Source: Raillietiella orientalis
Taxonomy: Eukaryota
Length of the DNA: 64,000 nt
Assembly: GCA_036172245.1 (NCBI GenBank)
Contig: JAYWIR010000024.1
Span: 496,001 to 560,000, forward strand
Direction: 5' to 3'
Position 1 is the first letter of the stretch; every line of letters begins with the position of its first letter. The notes beneath the pieces were generated by a model. It was not told the DNA's origin and did not search any database. It saw only the letters and a list, made by a program, of their open reading frames with translations. Below are positions 11,146 to 23,349 of the stretch, piece by piece. The translations under genes were made by a program, and so were the position numbers.

Positions 11146-14100
11146 ATGAAAGAAACAACTGTTGAACGCTTGAAATGGAGAGTGCAGAATTACAGGAAAA
11201 AGCAGACCTGCATAGGAAGGCAGTACGAAAGATTCCAGAATGGCATATACGAACAGAACTGCCGAGGAACAGAAGCGCTGAGACAAAGGTTCCTCGGTGC
11301 CAAGGGGAGAAAATCTTCGAAAAAAATAGTTGACAAAAAACAAGAGTACATGAACATGCAGGTATATATACCCGTCTTTTTTTTTCTTCTTCTTCTTCTT
11401 CTTGTTTTTTTTTGTGTTTTGCTTGCCTGTTTGATGGCGTTTGTATAAGCCGTTTTCGGAATTTCTCATTCATGTAGTGCTGCCACTGCAGCGTGGTATT
11501 TTTTTTTTAAAAAAAAAAAAGTTTGTAATTTTCCGTTTGGATTATATCTTCGAAGTGAAATTTACATATTTCACTTATCGTGATGTACGGACCGAAGACT
11601 TTGCGAGTTTTTTTTCTTCCTACTATTTGTAAACCTTTGAATGTTTGAAAAGAAAAAAAAACACACACACACACACACACGTAGTTTCCCGATTTCCGTT
11701 GTCATTCGAAACGGCGGCGGCGGTGTTCCCATGGAAAATGGCCACTAGGCAGGACTAAAAAATCCACAGAACCGAAAAAGGTGTAGAAATTTGAGCGAGA
11801 GTTAACTGAGGGTATAGAAATAACAGTGCTTTCATTTTCGTGTGGGGTAGTACCGTATGAGTTCAGTTCGTGTACCATAAATTTCTGCGGATTGCTGCAT
11901 TTTCGTGGAACTCCGACTCTGGGAGACATCGAAAAAGAATGGAATTTTTGTGCATCGTTCATTTTTGTTTTGCTTTTTTTTTTTTTCCTTCCACGCACAA
12001 AAAAAAGAGAAAAAAAAGTGGCCTTTCTTATAAAATACAATGTTTTCCCTATTACTGTGGAAATTCAAAACATCAGGATTTGAAGACAACATAGGAATCG
12101 CCAGTAATCATAAAATAACGATACCAGTGAAAAATGGAAAAGAAAATAAAGGAGGACGTAATCTCGCAGATTCCAATAAATAAATTGGTCCGTTTCAGCG
12201 TAAAAGGCTTTATAGCCATCGAATGCGCTCCTATAAACTGCCCAAACTTTATTGAAGGAATCTGTACGGTTCCTGTGACATCAGGCTCCCAGAATACAGC
12301 TTTTTTGTACATCTTTTCATTTGAGGAAAAGAGCCATTTAAAGGACTGTTCTGTAAGTGGAAGTTGCGCTTCTCAATCGCTTGCACTCTTCGACCCCCGG
12401 AACATCTTCTGTGCATTTGGTGTTCCTTTGACCATAACCGGACCGTGTGTGTTGACGTTCGTTATGATGTGATGCTCACGGCCTGTTCCCTCTATTGATG
12501 CTCTTTCAGAATGGAGCCGTTTTCCTCTTTTTCAATCCTCCTTGGTGATTTTCAGCTTTTCATCCGAGTCGAAACGGTCGCTCACTCCATCGCTGCCCCT
12601 CAAACGTTGAGCAAACTTTTTTGCCTGTTCTGATTCGGCGAGTGATCTGCAAGCCCTTTACTTGAGTTCGTCTGCAGCACTTTTCCTTTCGAAGAGGCAA
12701 TCCCTCCGTAGTTTTGATACTCTCTTTTTTTTCCCCCCCCCTTTGCATATAATATATTGCTTCTGACGTTAGGACACCCATAGTTGGATGAAAGTTCTTT
12801 GCTCTTTTTTTTTTGCATGCTTCAATTTATTTATGTTTTTCCGCCACACTGGACTGTAAAATTTTCAGTGACAGGAGTCTCAACCTGAGAAATATTCGAT
12901 TGCAGCTGAGATTATTCTAGGAAACAGTCATATAAACGTGCTGCACGGGTCGTTGCTTTCTGAGGTATACCGAGCTTATCTCCGATAGGAGCTGACCAAT
13001 TGATAGTGGAAACCGTCCACGGCAGTAATCTGCATATTATCCACTCTTCCAATATTTGTTGAAAATGTTGACGTCACCTGTGGTACAGTTGTTAAGAACA
13101 CCGATCATGAAAAGAATCCATCTGCAATGTTGGCGATAACAGAAGAAAGGGGAGACCTCAGTTGGGTAATTCAATTTCGTAGCAACCGTATTGAGCAACA
13201 AAAAATTTTTTACATCTCTTATGTGTGCCAGCCGAAGGTCCGGGGTATTCGAAAGTGGTCAGCACGGTGTGTTGTCAACAAATGTTGCCCGGACCGGGCG
13301 ACCGTGTTCATTCTCTTCGAATGAGTGTTGTTGTTGGTGTGCGTTCGTGTTTGTGGAAAGTGGACACATATCATCGACGTAATTGCTGTAGTGCGTTATG
13401 TTTGTGTGGGATGTGTTTTTTTTTTTTTTTTTCTAGCCTGCGATCGGGGAGAATGAAGAGATCACAGGGCAGAAAAGACCTTCGCTTTAGTCTTCAAGCA
13501 ACAAACTCGGAAAACCTGGAACAAACGAAAAGAGCATTGAAACTCGATTGGGGGAGGGGGGGGGGGACAGCAGCAGTTGAAAGTCGGAATACGTGTACCG
13601 ATGCATATTTCGTTTTCTTTTTTCCTTTTTTTTTCTCTCTCTCTCTCTCTCTCTCTACTTTTAATGTAGTGTTCAGTGTTTTCATTCCGCAGGCTCCTTT
13701 CCCCTAGAATAATACTGTAGTGTCGTCAATCTTGTTGGCTAGAGTTAATTCTTAAATTCGAGCTGATTCTTAAATTTAATTCGGTTCGACGTGTATTCGA
13801 TCGGCATTTGCGTCTTCTCAGAGTTCTCGACGTTATCAGTTCACAATTCTTCACAGTGATTGGATTAAGAAAAGGAAATGCTGAAATGGAAGCAGAGAAC
13901 AGCCCCTGATGCTGTTGCTTGTACGTGAATGTCAACGAATGTCTCAAGGATCCCCGTGCTCCGCATTAGGAATTTGAAGATAAATTTTTCGACTAGTTAG
14001 TTAAGCCCGATTTTGTATCCTAGGAAAGTGACAATATTGATGCTGAATCACCACCGTCGCTAGCAACGAGAAGTGGCCGTGAAGCGTATCTAAAAAGCGA

Positions 14101-15837
14101 CACGCACATGCAGGTCATTTCTCGAAGAAATGCCGTGGGAGTTTTAAGTTTAGATTCTGTTTGTACGATTCAGTTAAACTTTGCCTCCCTGGCTCGTTAA
14201 AGTGGCGGATCAGGAACACATAAGTATGTGATATGTGTGGAAGCTGTTTCTTGCGAACCGAGTCTGATTTCTAATTTTGAGCGAATGATCACTAAAAGTA
14301 GGAAAGAAAATGATGTAATTTCCTCTTGAATCAGTGCGTTCCGATCAGCATTTCGCTAAATGAATGATTTCTCAATCATGTGTTGCTCATTTATTTAATG
14401 AGTCGTCACGAGAAGAGCGATTTTTTGCTTTGGGGTAACGATTTTTCCTTTATTTACTCTCACCGGTTTTTGCCATGTGTCGCATGAGTTTCGTGTGCTC
14501 ATCCTTTCGTGCTTCCCCTTCGAGATTCAAAGTGCTTTTTCTTTCATTTCAGCTGTCGAAAACTGCCTTTGAAGAACCAGAGCCCTCTATGAACGGAATG
14601 TACCCCAATTCTTTCCTTGAGAGTGAGTGCAGTCTGTCGAAGTCGAGGAAGACGTCAAGCGCCAATCCAAGTAGTAGTTCTTCCACCAACCCAACAGGTG
14701 TGACGGCCAAGTTGTCCGTTGCAATCTATCAGCAGTTGAATGGTCCTCAACAAATTCAAACCAATGTCACAGTGAAGGCTATGTCCAGTTCGCTGAAATC
14801 TGACGTGGAATCGAATAAAAAGCAGGAGGATGCTCTGATAGATTTCAAACAAGAAGCCGACTCCAATAATTCTAATTTTCCTGACAATGGCGTTCTCACA
14901 TCCGAAGAAGTAGATGCCGTTAACCCATATGCACTGAATGCCATCATGTCGAACATAGAGCTCCCTGCCAACATAGATTTCGATGTCGAAACGGCATGCG
15001 GGAATTTCTTTTTAAGCTCTTCTTTGAAACAAGACCCAGTGCATAAACCCAACACTTTTCCGACGCATCAGAACAACCCTAACATGCTGATGTGCCAGTC
15101 GCAAACGACTGAAGTTCAAATATCGAGTGCAACAGTGCCGCTAATCACATCTTTTTCTTCGTCTTCCTCTTACAAATCAAGCCAGCCGACTTACCTTCCG
15201 TGTGATGCAAACAGATTCTTCGGACAGTCCTGTGACGTGGGGCTTCTTCCCAACCTGAACGTTTCCGGAGAATCTCAGAATATTGCCCAGAATCATCGAT
15301 CGTATTCCGGTGTGTCGACAGATTTGGAATCTGGTCCTGCGGCTCAAACTTTGAAGCACATGGCCCAACAGCATCAGCAACAAAGGCAGATGGGAGTGCC
15401 ACCCAATTTGGAGTGTGCTGATGTATCCAGTCCAGCGTATGCACCGAACTGTAACTTCGCTCCCATCGGAGAAGGATTCGAAGGATCTCAGCAGCATCCC
15501 AACATGTACACAAACTATTGCAGTGCTCAGCTGGGAGTTCCAGACAACAACGAACAGATCAGGCTCCCTCATCCTGATATCACCAAAAACATGAAGTCTT
15601 CACATATAGGCAGCTCTATGCAAAACAGATATTTGGACAATAATTTTAGGAACAAAGTAGTTCACAATCAATCTATAATGCAAATGATGGACTCGAATCA
15701 ACGCTCAGCTCCCTCGGGCAATGATATGCGGATGCAGGTATGTGGTAGCATTGAGATATTGCTTGTTTGGTCCGTTACGCATATATATTATATATTTTGC
15801 ACAGAGATCACAACGGAAATTTTTAATTTCCTGGCGT

Positions 15838-15884
<47 letters not shown>

Positions 15885-18800
15885 TTTTTTTTTTATTGAT
15901 GATGATTGCGTGAGATGTTGATCTGATGCTCTAATCGGTTGCTTTGAGACGTTTGTGCGTAGGAAATGAATAAATTGTGTTCAGAAGCGGGCAAAGTATA
16001 AAAAAAAAAAAAAAAAAACTTTCCAAAGCTTACGGAAGTGTTTGTTTCGAAATTAATTAATCCAGCTTCAAAGAATTTTGTAAAGACCATGAAGCTTTTT
16101 TTTTATAAAAAAAAAAAAAAAGAAGAAGAAGAAGAAGGAAAGAAAGAAAGTGAAAATTATGAGTTTTGGGAGGGTTAAAGTGGAACACTTTGAGGGGCAC
16201 TTGATTTCTCTCACTCGTCCTACTCATTCGCTCAGAAAGAAATTTCGTGTGGAGTTTCTTCGTGATTTCATTTTCCAAAATATGTAGACTTTCATGTAGG
16301 GCTGCCACTATCATTAGTATATGGTAGTGACTTCTTTTTCATCCTTTGACCAAGAAACCACAACTGGTCGGTACACCTGGATGGTCGGCACGCGGAAAAA
16401 TCAAAATGGCGTTTGCTTCAACGGTTCAAATATCAAATCATAAAACGAGTGAATCGAATATTCTGTCTTGCTTACGCGAATGTCTATGTCTGTGCAGACA
16501 CGGTCTTCTTGTCTTACATTCTGCTCGTTTTGCAAGTAAAAGTGAGTTGCCCGACTTGATAGCCAAATGCAGTTTTTATTTTTTCTCATCCTGAAAGGTT
16601 GCCAGAAACGAGGTTGCCTGTTGAAAAGGTGTCTGTGTTTAAAAGTGAATGCTAAACTGAATTCTCAACTTCAGTGTTCCCTCTGCAGTAAGAGCTCGAC
16701 TCTTGTGATCCCCCATTCACTAAGTAATGTAATGGCTGTGCTCCGTCAAACTGAGGTCCAACGAACTGAAGTCCTTTCGAAATCAGCGTTGCATCCCAGG
16801 CACACGTTTACAAATGTAACCCCCACTGAGAACACTGAGCCATATCACATTTAAAAGCAGTTGCTTGTCTTGTCAAACATGTCTGTGTGTGTGCCTGTGG
16901 AAACCCTTAGAACAGTAGTCGTGAATTTTGTGATTTTGGATTCAAGTAGAACGAGTTAATCCTTAATTCCCATGACATCGTCCAAGAGAGCATATTTCAA
17001 ACACTTCAGCTTCAGCGATACCTTTTCGCAGAAGCCAACTCCGGAAAGCATAGTTCCTCTTTGTGCACGAAAATCATTGGCGATCTTAACGTGTTACCTC
17101 GAACCCTAGCAAAGGGTTGAGGTTAATTTGTATCCCTCTCCCTTTTTAATGTACAATTTCAATGTTCTCGCGGTGTACAAAGAGAAATCTTGTTTGCGTG
17201 CGTGGTGGTGTTCCGTGCCCCTCGTGTGCTTGCTGTCACGAGTGCAAGTTGCTTCCGTGTTCGAAACCATGGTTACCTGCTTCTGTCCGCATCACCTGTG
17301 GATGCTTGCTGTCGGCATTTGCAATCATTGTGAACCTGTCACTATGCGTTTTCCACAGTCACTTGAAACGTTTCGTGGTCGTCAAGGTCCTTACGAGCCT
17401 CTGCCTCTTTGCTGTTCCCATTGGCAACGTCGTACGCCGAACGCTCCTTCCGGAGGGTGGACGGGTTTGGAGGTTTCGGACGCGCACGCAGCACGCATCG
17501 GAAAGAAAGTGGGCCCTGACGATTGTTTTGAAAATGTTTTGAGAAGTTTTCCAGTTTTACTTGCTAATTGCATCAGAAACTGGGTTCGATGTTTTGAGGT
17601 CACGCAGTGTGATTCTCGGAGGCTGGGAAAGGTTAGCGCTAGAGGTTTCCCTCCTTCCGAAACCACAAATGGGACGCCATTTCTTCCGTCGTAGCTCTCT
17701 AGGACCTCGGTTTCCGTCGTTGCATATCAGCATACCGTGTTTCTCAGATTCCTTTGGGAAATGCAGCAAGAATGCAATTTCACACCGAATTAGCGGGAAG
17801 GGAATCTGAACTCGCAGCCTGCCCTTAAAAATCAAGTTCATGCTTCCGGAATGAAGAGTAGCAAGATCGTAGCAATATTGAATTATCATTTTGGAAACAT
17901 CCACTTGTCTCGCTTCCTTTTGCGTTGTGCCGTATTGGACGCCTTCGATTCAGCATCCGATAGATCCAATTATGCGGACCAGTATTTGAGTTATAAATGC
18001 AAAACCCTGAAAACAAAGGCATGCTTATGGGCACGCAAAAGTGTGCTCGCCATGATGTGGTTTAATGATGTGCCGGATGTATGGATATCTCTGCCGTGCC
18101 AAGTGCATGTTAATGTCACACTGTTGCCTGTTACATTATGGTTTCAAGCGGGCTGTGTTGTCCTCCATTTTGAATAAGGATTCAGCCATCCTCTCTTTTT
18201 CTTCTATAAGAGGTAACCTTGAAGTTCCATGAAGATAGAATTCTTCTTGAGAACTCGGATGGATCAATTTGGGTCTTGTAAAAAGAGCTCAGCAAGTAAA
18301 ATAAATTTGGGTCATATTTGGATCTCCGGTTTGTTCGGTCCTCTGCTTCTCTGTGATGTATAAATGAAAGAAAAATCGCGAATCGTCAAAAAAAGAAAAA
18401 AAGATTGCTTCTCTGTATTCATAGTAAATGTGGTTCACAAAGTAAATGATTTGTTGTTTTGGATTGCACGTACCGAAGTATTCATATTACTTTGGAACAC
18501 TTATTTAGATCCTCAAAGTGATTCATTTCCACGGAATTATTGTAAGGATTCACCCACCCTCTCTCTTTTTTCTTCTATAAGCGCCAACCTTGAAGTTTCG
18601 TGAAGATGAACTTCTTCTTGAGAACTTGGTTGGACCAATTTCGGTCCTGTGAAAGAGTTCAGCAAAGATATTCAATTTCCTATTTCGCTAGCATGTTTTG
18701 CTCACATGGGTTCGTGGAGATGTGGGACTGTTCTCAGCACGTAAGATTTGCATTTTTCGCTTGCCAGAGATCGGGGTGCAAATGTGCTTTTTGCCTCTCG

Positions 18801-19813
18801 AACACCAGTCTTTCAAACCATCCAGTTCTTTTTCATGATTCTGTCTTGCCCGATCTGTGATGCAAGTGAAAGAAAGGCTTGACTCTTTGAGAGCTTACCC
18901 AGCCGCCTAATTCTTAACTTTGCGGTTAATGGTGCTAAAAGCATCAGTTTACTCATTTAAATGTTTGTGATTGTTGAATACTCTTGAATTCCATAGAGTC
19001 CACGAAACATGTCAGTTCAGTCTTGTCAGAGCACCGCATTTTACAAAGCCTCGCCATTAGAGATGCAGATGTCGCAAAACATTTCTTTGCAAGCATCCAG
19101 ACAAAACTGTGCTTCAATATCCGAAGTGATTTCTCATTCTGTGCCATCGTCCGATTACAAGCAAGTTCAGCTGTCAGTCCAACAGCAGCAGCGACTTCAG
19201 CAGCAGGTCATCCGATACAGAAACCCTGATTACACCAACATGACAAACGTGAATGCCCGGTTGCTGCAGCAAAACCAGATGATTCAACAAGCAGTGACTT
19301 TGCAGCCACCCTCCTTCCCTGTCTCTCGGAATACCATGCCTGTGAAAAGCATGCCTCAAGAAAATGGCGTCTGCCATTTGCAGCAGCCTCAGCAGACGAG
19401 TTGGCAGCAAACTTTTACGTGTGGGCAAGAGCCATGCTTTAGAGGATCTTACAGTGCTGCTCAGCCTTTTGGTAGGATGGCCTCACGGTCCTTCTCCATT
19501 TGATGTTGATGTGTTTTCCTTTTGATTTTCAGATTATCAACAAACAACTGTGCACGTTACTCAGCAACAGTCTTTGCAGATGAGATTCCGACAGCCATAT
19601 CCTGTGATGTCTTCTAACAAAACTGTGATTCCGTACGAACAGGTATGTGTTCCACTCCCAGACATGGGGTAGTTTCATCCATTTGACATCAAGATGCAGA
19701 TTCCGGTGCAGAACGCTTATGGAACATCCGGGTTGAAGGATTTTAATCTGGAATTTCTGGATCAGTTAGATAATTCACCAGATCTCCTTTCTGGTTTCAA
19801 CAATATAGCTTGA
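11146..19813 (+). CDS. mam: Mastermind-like Notch transcriptional co-activator (~701 aa, 5 exons)
   Basis: Exons 11146-11361, 14553-15737, 18997-19471, 19533-19642, 19694-19813; all GT-AG with consistent phases. N-terminal VERLKWRVQNYRKKQTCIGRQYERFQNGIYEQNCRGTEALRQRFLGAKGRKSSKK matches the MAML/mam CSL-NICD-binding helix (Drosophila-like VDRLRRRIENYRRRQ...RFLESKNKRAAKK). Also GPAAQTLKHMAQQHQQ motif, Q/S/N-rich body and acidic C-terminus DFNLEFLDQLD. An additional upstream exon cannot be excluded. Confidence 0.88.
12050..12480 (-). mobile_element. Decayed AP-endonuclease (non-LTR ORF2) fragment in mam intron 1
   Basis: Minus-strand IITNVNTHG (NVxG-like) and FMITGDSYVV (GDFN-like) motifs. Confidence 0.4.
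13780..14100 (-). mobile_element. Second decayed AP-endonuclease fragment in mam intron 1
   Basis: Minus-strand DGGDS (GGDFN-like) followed by TFTYKQQHQG (YTW/F-like). Confidence 0.3.
15844..15895. repeat. (CT)n microsatellite plus poly-T
   Basis: Directly visible, in mam intron 2. Confidence 0.9.
17150..17800 (+). mobile_element. Decayed reverse-transcriptase fragment (non-LTR) in mam intron 2
   Basis: ORF 17128-17694 carries, in RT order, VYKEKSCLRAWW (DxEKAFDRVxW-like), RGRQGP..LFAV (GVRQGCPLSPxLF-like) and GPDDCF (YADD-like). Confidence 0.55.
18176..18878 (+). repeat. Diverged local direct duplication in mam intron 2
   Basis: ~18176-18296 aligns by eye with ~18544-18667 (TTCTTCTATAAG..AACCTTGAAGTT..TGAAGAT..TTCTTCTTGAGAACT..TGGA.CAATTT..TCAGCAA). 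TCTGTGATG..TGAAAGAAA recurs at ~18351 and ~18855. Confidence 0.8.
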
Positions 19814-20299
19814 AATTGGTCCAAAAAAAAATACACAGACACATATTTTCCAGTTTCGATCTTTGATCACGGATGGCATGAGAAGGCAACAGTCGTTTTC
19901 GTATGAAGCTTCGCATTTTTCTCCACCAGGCATCTGTGAGCGTCTTCCCTCCTCGTCCTGTGTGCAGGGAGGTTTGCGAATTACCTTGGCCGAAAGCCTC
20001 TAAACTGAATGGAGCGAGCAGTCGAATGTAAAGAAACCTATATTGAGGATAGACGTCACAAATAACCATTTTAAATATAAACTCTGAAAGCAGCTAAGGA
20101 ACCTTTGTCATAGGGGCATTTCCAGTGAAATTTTTCCAGCGCCGGAGATAACGGAACGGGGAAAAATTCCGTGAAATACACGGGTTATTGTATTCTGAGG
20201 ATACGTGCACCTTGTGGCTTGTGTGTACAGCATGTGCAAACATTCTTTATGAACTTCTTCCCATTCGTTAAGATACCTTTGCACAGTGTATCCTTCCGC

Positions 20300-21000
20300 T
20301 GCAACCTAAAGCAGTGCCACCGGTAGAACTGCCTAAATTCTCACATCCTCAACCATTTGCAAAGTGTTCTCATCCGTGCTCGTTGAGTTCTCAGGGCAAA
20401 CCCATTCTTCCGCGGCACTCTTCATACGCAGATTCAGTGATCTTCATATTGTGCTGGAAACTCATGCAGTTCTCCGGTGACATCTTCCAAACTGCATGTC
20501 GTCCCCGGGAGAGTGCGATTCTCAGCTCATGGTCAACACGGTGCAGCTTGCTATTTTAACCGATTCATGATCACAGGGAAATCGTCTCCCTTTCTATTGC
20601 TATCACACAGAGTAACCCATAATACGAAACCATAGATGGGTGCATCTGCATGGTTCCGTGGCTACTGCTGCTGAAGTTTGCGTACCTTCGTTTTAGGTGA
20701 GAAGAGAAAAAAATCTCTTAAGTTGCGAGTGGGGGTTCTTGGAAGGATCGCTGCAGGCTTTCGTAGTGTTTTTTTCGTGTCAACTCTTTCGAACACGAAG
20801 TAGACGAAGTGATGTCAGCTGTTAAATCTTCCGGGAAGCTGTGCTCTTTGCTTCTGTTCGATGCCGAATCGTATTCATGACACGATGATTTGTGTTCCAC
20901 CTCCCTAGTGGTGCCTTGATTCCCGCCAACATCCGTTTCGGAAAACGCTTCGTGTCCTCATTTCGTTTGCCCTCGTCAGGCTACAGCAAGTTCTTGAGGT
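20300..21000 (-). mobile_element. Probable decayed 3' portion of a non-LTR element
   Basis: ELTRKKHYESLQ resembles the 'sxKxxYxxL' post-RT motif of L1/Tx1 ORF2; weak. Confidence 0.3.
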
Positions 21001-21213
21001 GCAGCCTTCATACACCAATCCTTTCGTTCGTCATCTCCAGCATTTCCACGTTTTCAGCCTTGCATGCTCATCAGGAAACTGATGCGCACGTAGGTCCTTG
21101 GACTTGGGGGATTTTCTCTTTTGCATGCAATTTAAGTCGTATTCCAATCTTTCTATGTACGGATGTGTACTTATTTTTCGTTCAGTGCTCTGAAGTTCTT
21201 CGTCAGGGACTTG

Positions 21214-21283
21214 GGATTTTCTTTCATCACATGCCATATAACGTACATTGGTACGTTATATGGCATGTGATGAAAGAAAATCC
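21214..21283. repeat. Perfect 33-bp inverted repeat with 4-nt spacer
   Basis: GGATTTTCTTTCATCACATGCCATATAACGTAC-attg-GTACGTTATATGGCATGTGATGAAAGAAAATCC. Confidence 0.95.
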
Positions 21284-21588
21284 TACCTAACTTACATGCA
21301 AGGTAATCGACTTGTGAATTTCTTTAATTTATTGCTTATTGTGCCTTTCTCCGATAGTACCATGCAAATACTGAAGTGGATTTCACTGATTACAATATTT
21401 TACTGCTCCTCATCGATAAGTAGATTGTGGGTGAATTTATTGTCCAAAACTATTCTTTCATAACCAGCATTTGTAATGGTGTGTGTAGCGGAAGAGTACT
21501 TCTCGCGTACCAGGAGCTGTTGCATTCTGTGTTAACAAACCAACCAGCATCCAGCCTGTTTCTTCACCATGTATTTAAGGTGCATTTT

Positions 21589-21642
21589 GTGTGTGTGTGT
21601 GTGTGTGTGTGGTTGTGTGTGTGTGTGTGAGAGAGAGAGAGA
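21589..21642. repeat. Compound (GT)n(GA)n microsatellite
   Basis: Directly visible. Confidence 0.9.
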
Positions 21643-21649
21643 AACAACC

Positions 21650-22100
21650 AGAGAGAAACTCGCTGGAAGGTATTGACTACAGTTTCGGTATTGTGAAAGT
21701 CTTGCAGACTGAGTCACCAGCAAAGACCCAGAAATCTTTCCATGAGCTGCCTGCTCGTTGTGTTGTAACTGATCTTGCATGCACGTGAAAATTATGCAGA
21801 ACAGTGTACGCAGAGATGGAAGGCATGCGCTCTGCGTGGTATGAGATTCTTTCCGAGCAGCAGCCACTGGGAATCAAGAGTTCGCGAAGTTTCCAGCATT
21901 TCAAGGGAAAACTAAAAATCTGCTGCAAGGAACAAAATTCGGGAGGCACAGCAGAATCAATCTCGGCCGGATCCGAAGCAGCCGTGGCATTTGCGATGTT
22001 TGGAGTTCATTGCGAAAAGAAATACGGTACGTTTCCATGATTGCTATATTCACCGCGTATCCCCGGGAGTCCCGAATCCGCTTCGAAAAATGGGCAGCCC
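21650..22100 (+). mobile_element. Probable decayed non-LTR ORF2 endonuclease-RT linker fragment
   Basis: AWYEIL...FQHFKGKLKICCKE resembles the 'W..fK.kik' linker of L1/Tx1 ORF2; weak. Confidence 0.3.
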
Positions 22101-23349
22101 TGCAGACGAGGCACCACTCAAAAATGCGTTATCAAATTACAACTACAGAGCTCACATATTGCATGACATGGCGATTTTGCATTTGGTCTGTATGTGTTTC
22201 TTGGCTGAAAGTTTGGATTGTCATCTGGATATCCCTGCTGGTAAATACGGAAGTACAGAGTGGTGAATGCAGAGATGGAAAATTCGTTCTTTGCGACAGA
22301 CCGCACACAGGCAGTTGCTTCCTGCTTTCGTGCTTTTGTGCGAGATGGTCGACAGAAGCTCCTTGGGCCTCCTTTTTTTATTATTATTATTATTTTTTTT
22401 TTTTCTTTCGTCTTCTCTCTTCAAGACTTGAAGGTTGTTCCCACTGTGTTACGGAAGGTATCGCTGCACAGCTTGCAAAAAGTGGGAAACACTTTTCCTT
22501 TCAAAGGAGAACTCAGGAAGACAGGTGAAATGTGAAATGCACAGGAACGTGATCTTCGCAGGTACGAATCATTTCACAGAGAGCAGTTCGGTTTTCAACG
22601 CACCAAGTGCACACGTGTATTCATGTGTGCACATATGGATGTTTTTCGTTTGAGCAACCTCGTTTGAAGGAACATAAAATGCTATTTTTTAAAAAAAAAA
22701 AAAACAAAAACAAAAAAAAACCGCATTTTATGATTGGAATCACACCATGGGTTAGGTGAAATGCAAGTTCCTTTGTTCTTACAGATGACTCGAGCACCAT
22801 GGTGAGCGCACTGTGGAGTCTGAGCTTTGATTGCAAGAAGACAATCGAGAAACTGATGTGCTTTCACTATGAAAAGTGGTTGTTTCGTCCATCCACTCAC
22901 CCCACCCCGTCCCCTATTTTTTACTTTTTTCGATAAGCAGTGCGACTTTCGCTAACTCGACAGTCAAGACAAAACATCAAAACGTCGCAAAGTTAAAACT
23001 TGCATTAGTTGTCACGGAAAGTTAAAAACAGCTTCAGGAAACAGCTTGAAATCTGAAAAAAAAAAAAAAAACGCCGTTTAAATGTCAGCGTTTGTTCTCT
23101 TCCGAGTTAGAAGCACATGTGTTTTGTTTTCGTTTGCTTGTGTTCCTGACGGGTATTCCCCGTTTTGTGGGGATTAGCTGTGGTTATTAGGATTCTTTTG
23201 TTCAAAGGAAACCACGATTGAAGGAACGATCCGCAAAACGTCAACTCGTAAGTTTGTTCAACGCTCAACAGATGGTCGCCTGGCTGCAACATGAGTAAAA
23301 CATTTGTCTAAAGCGCTTGCTTGCAAAATATTCCAATTAACTTACTAAA

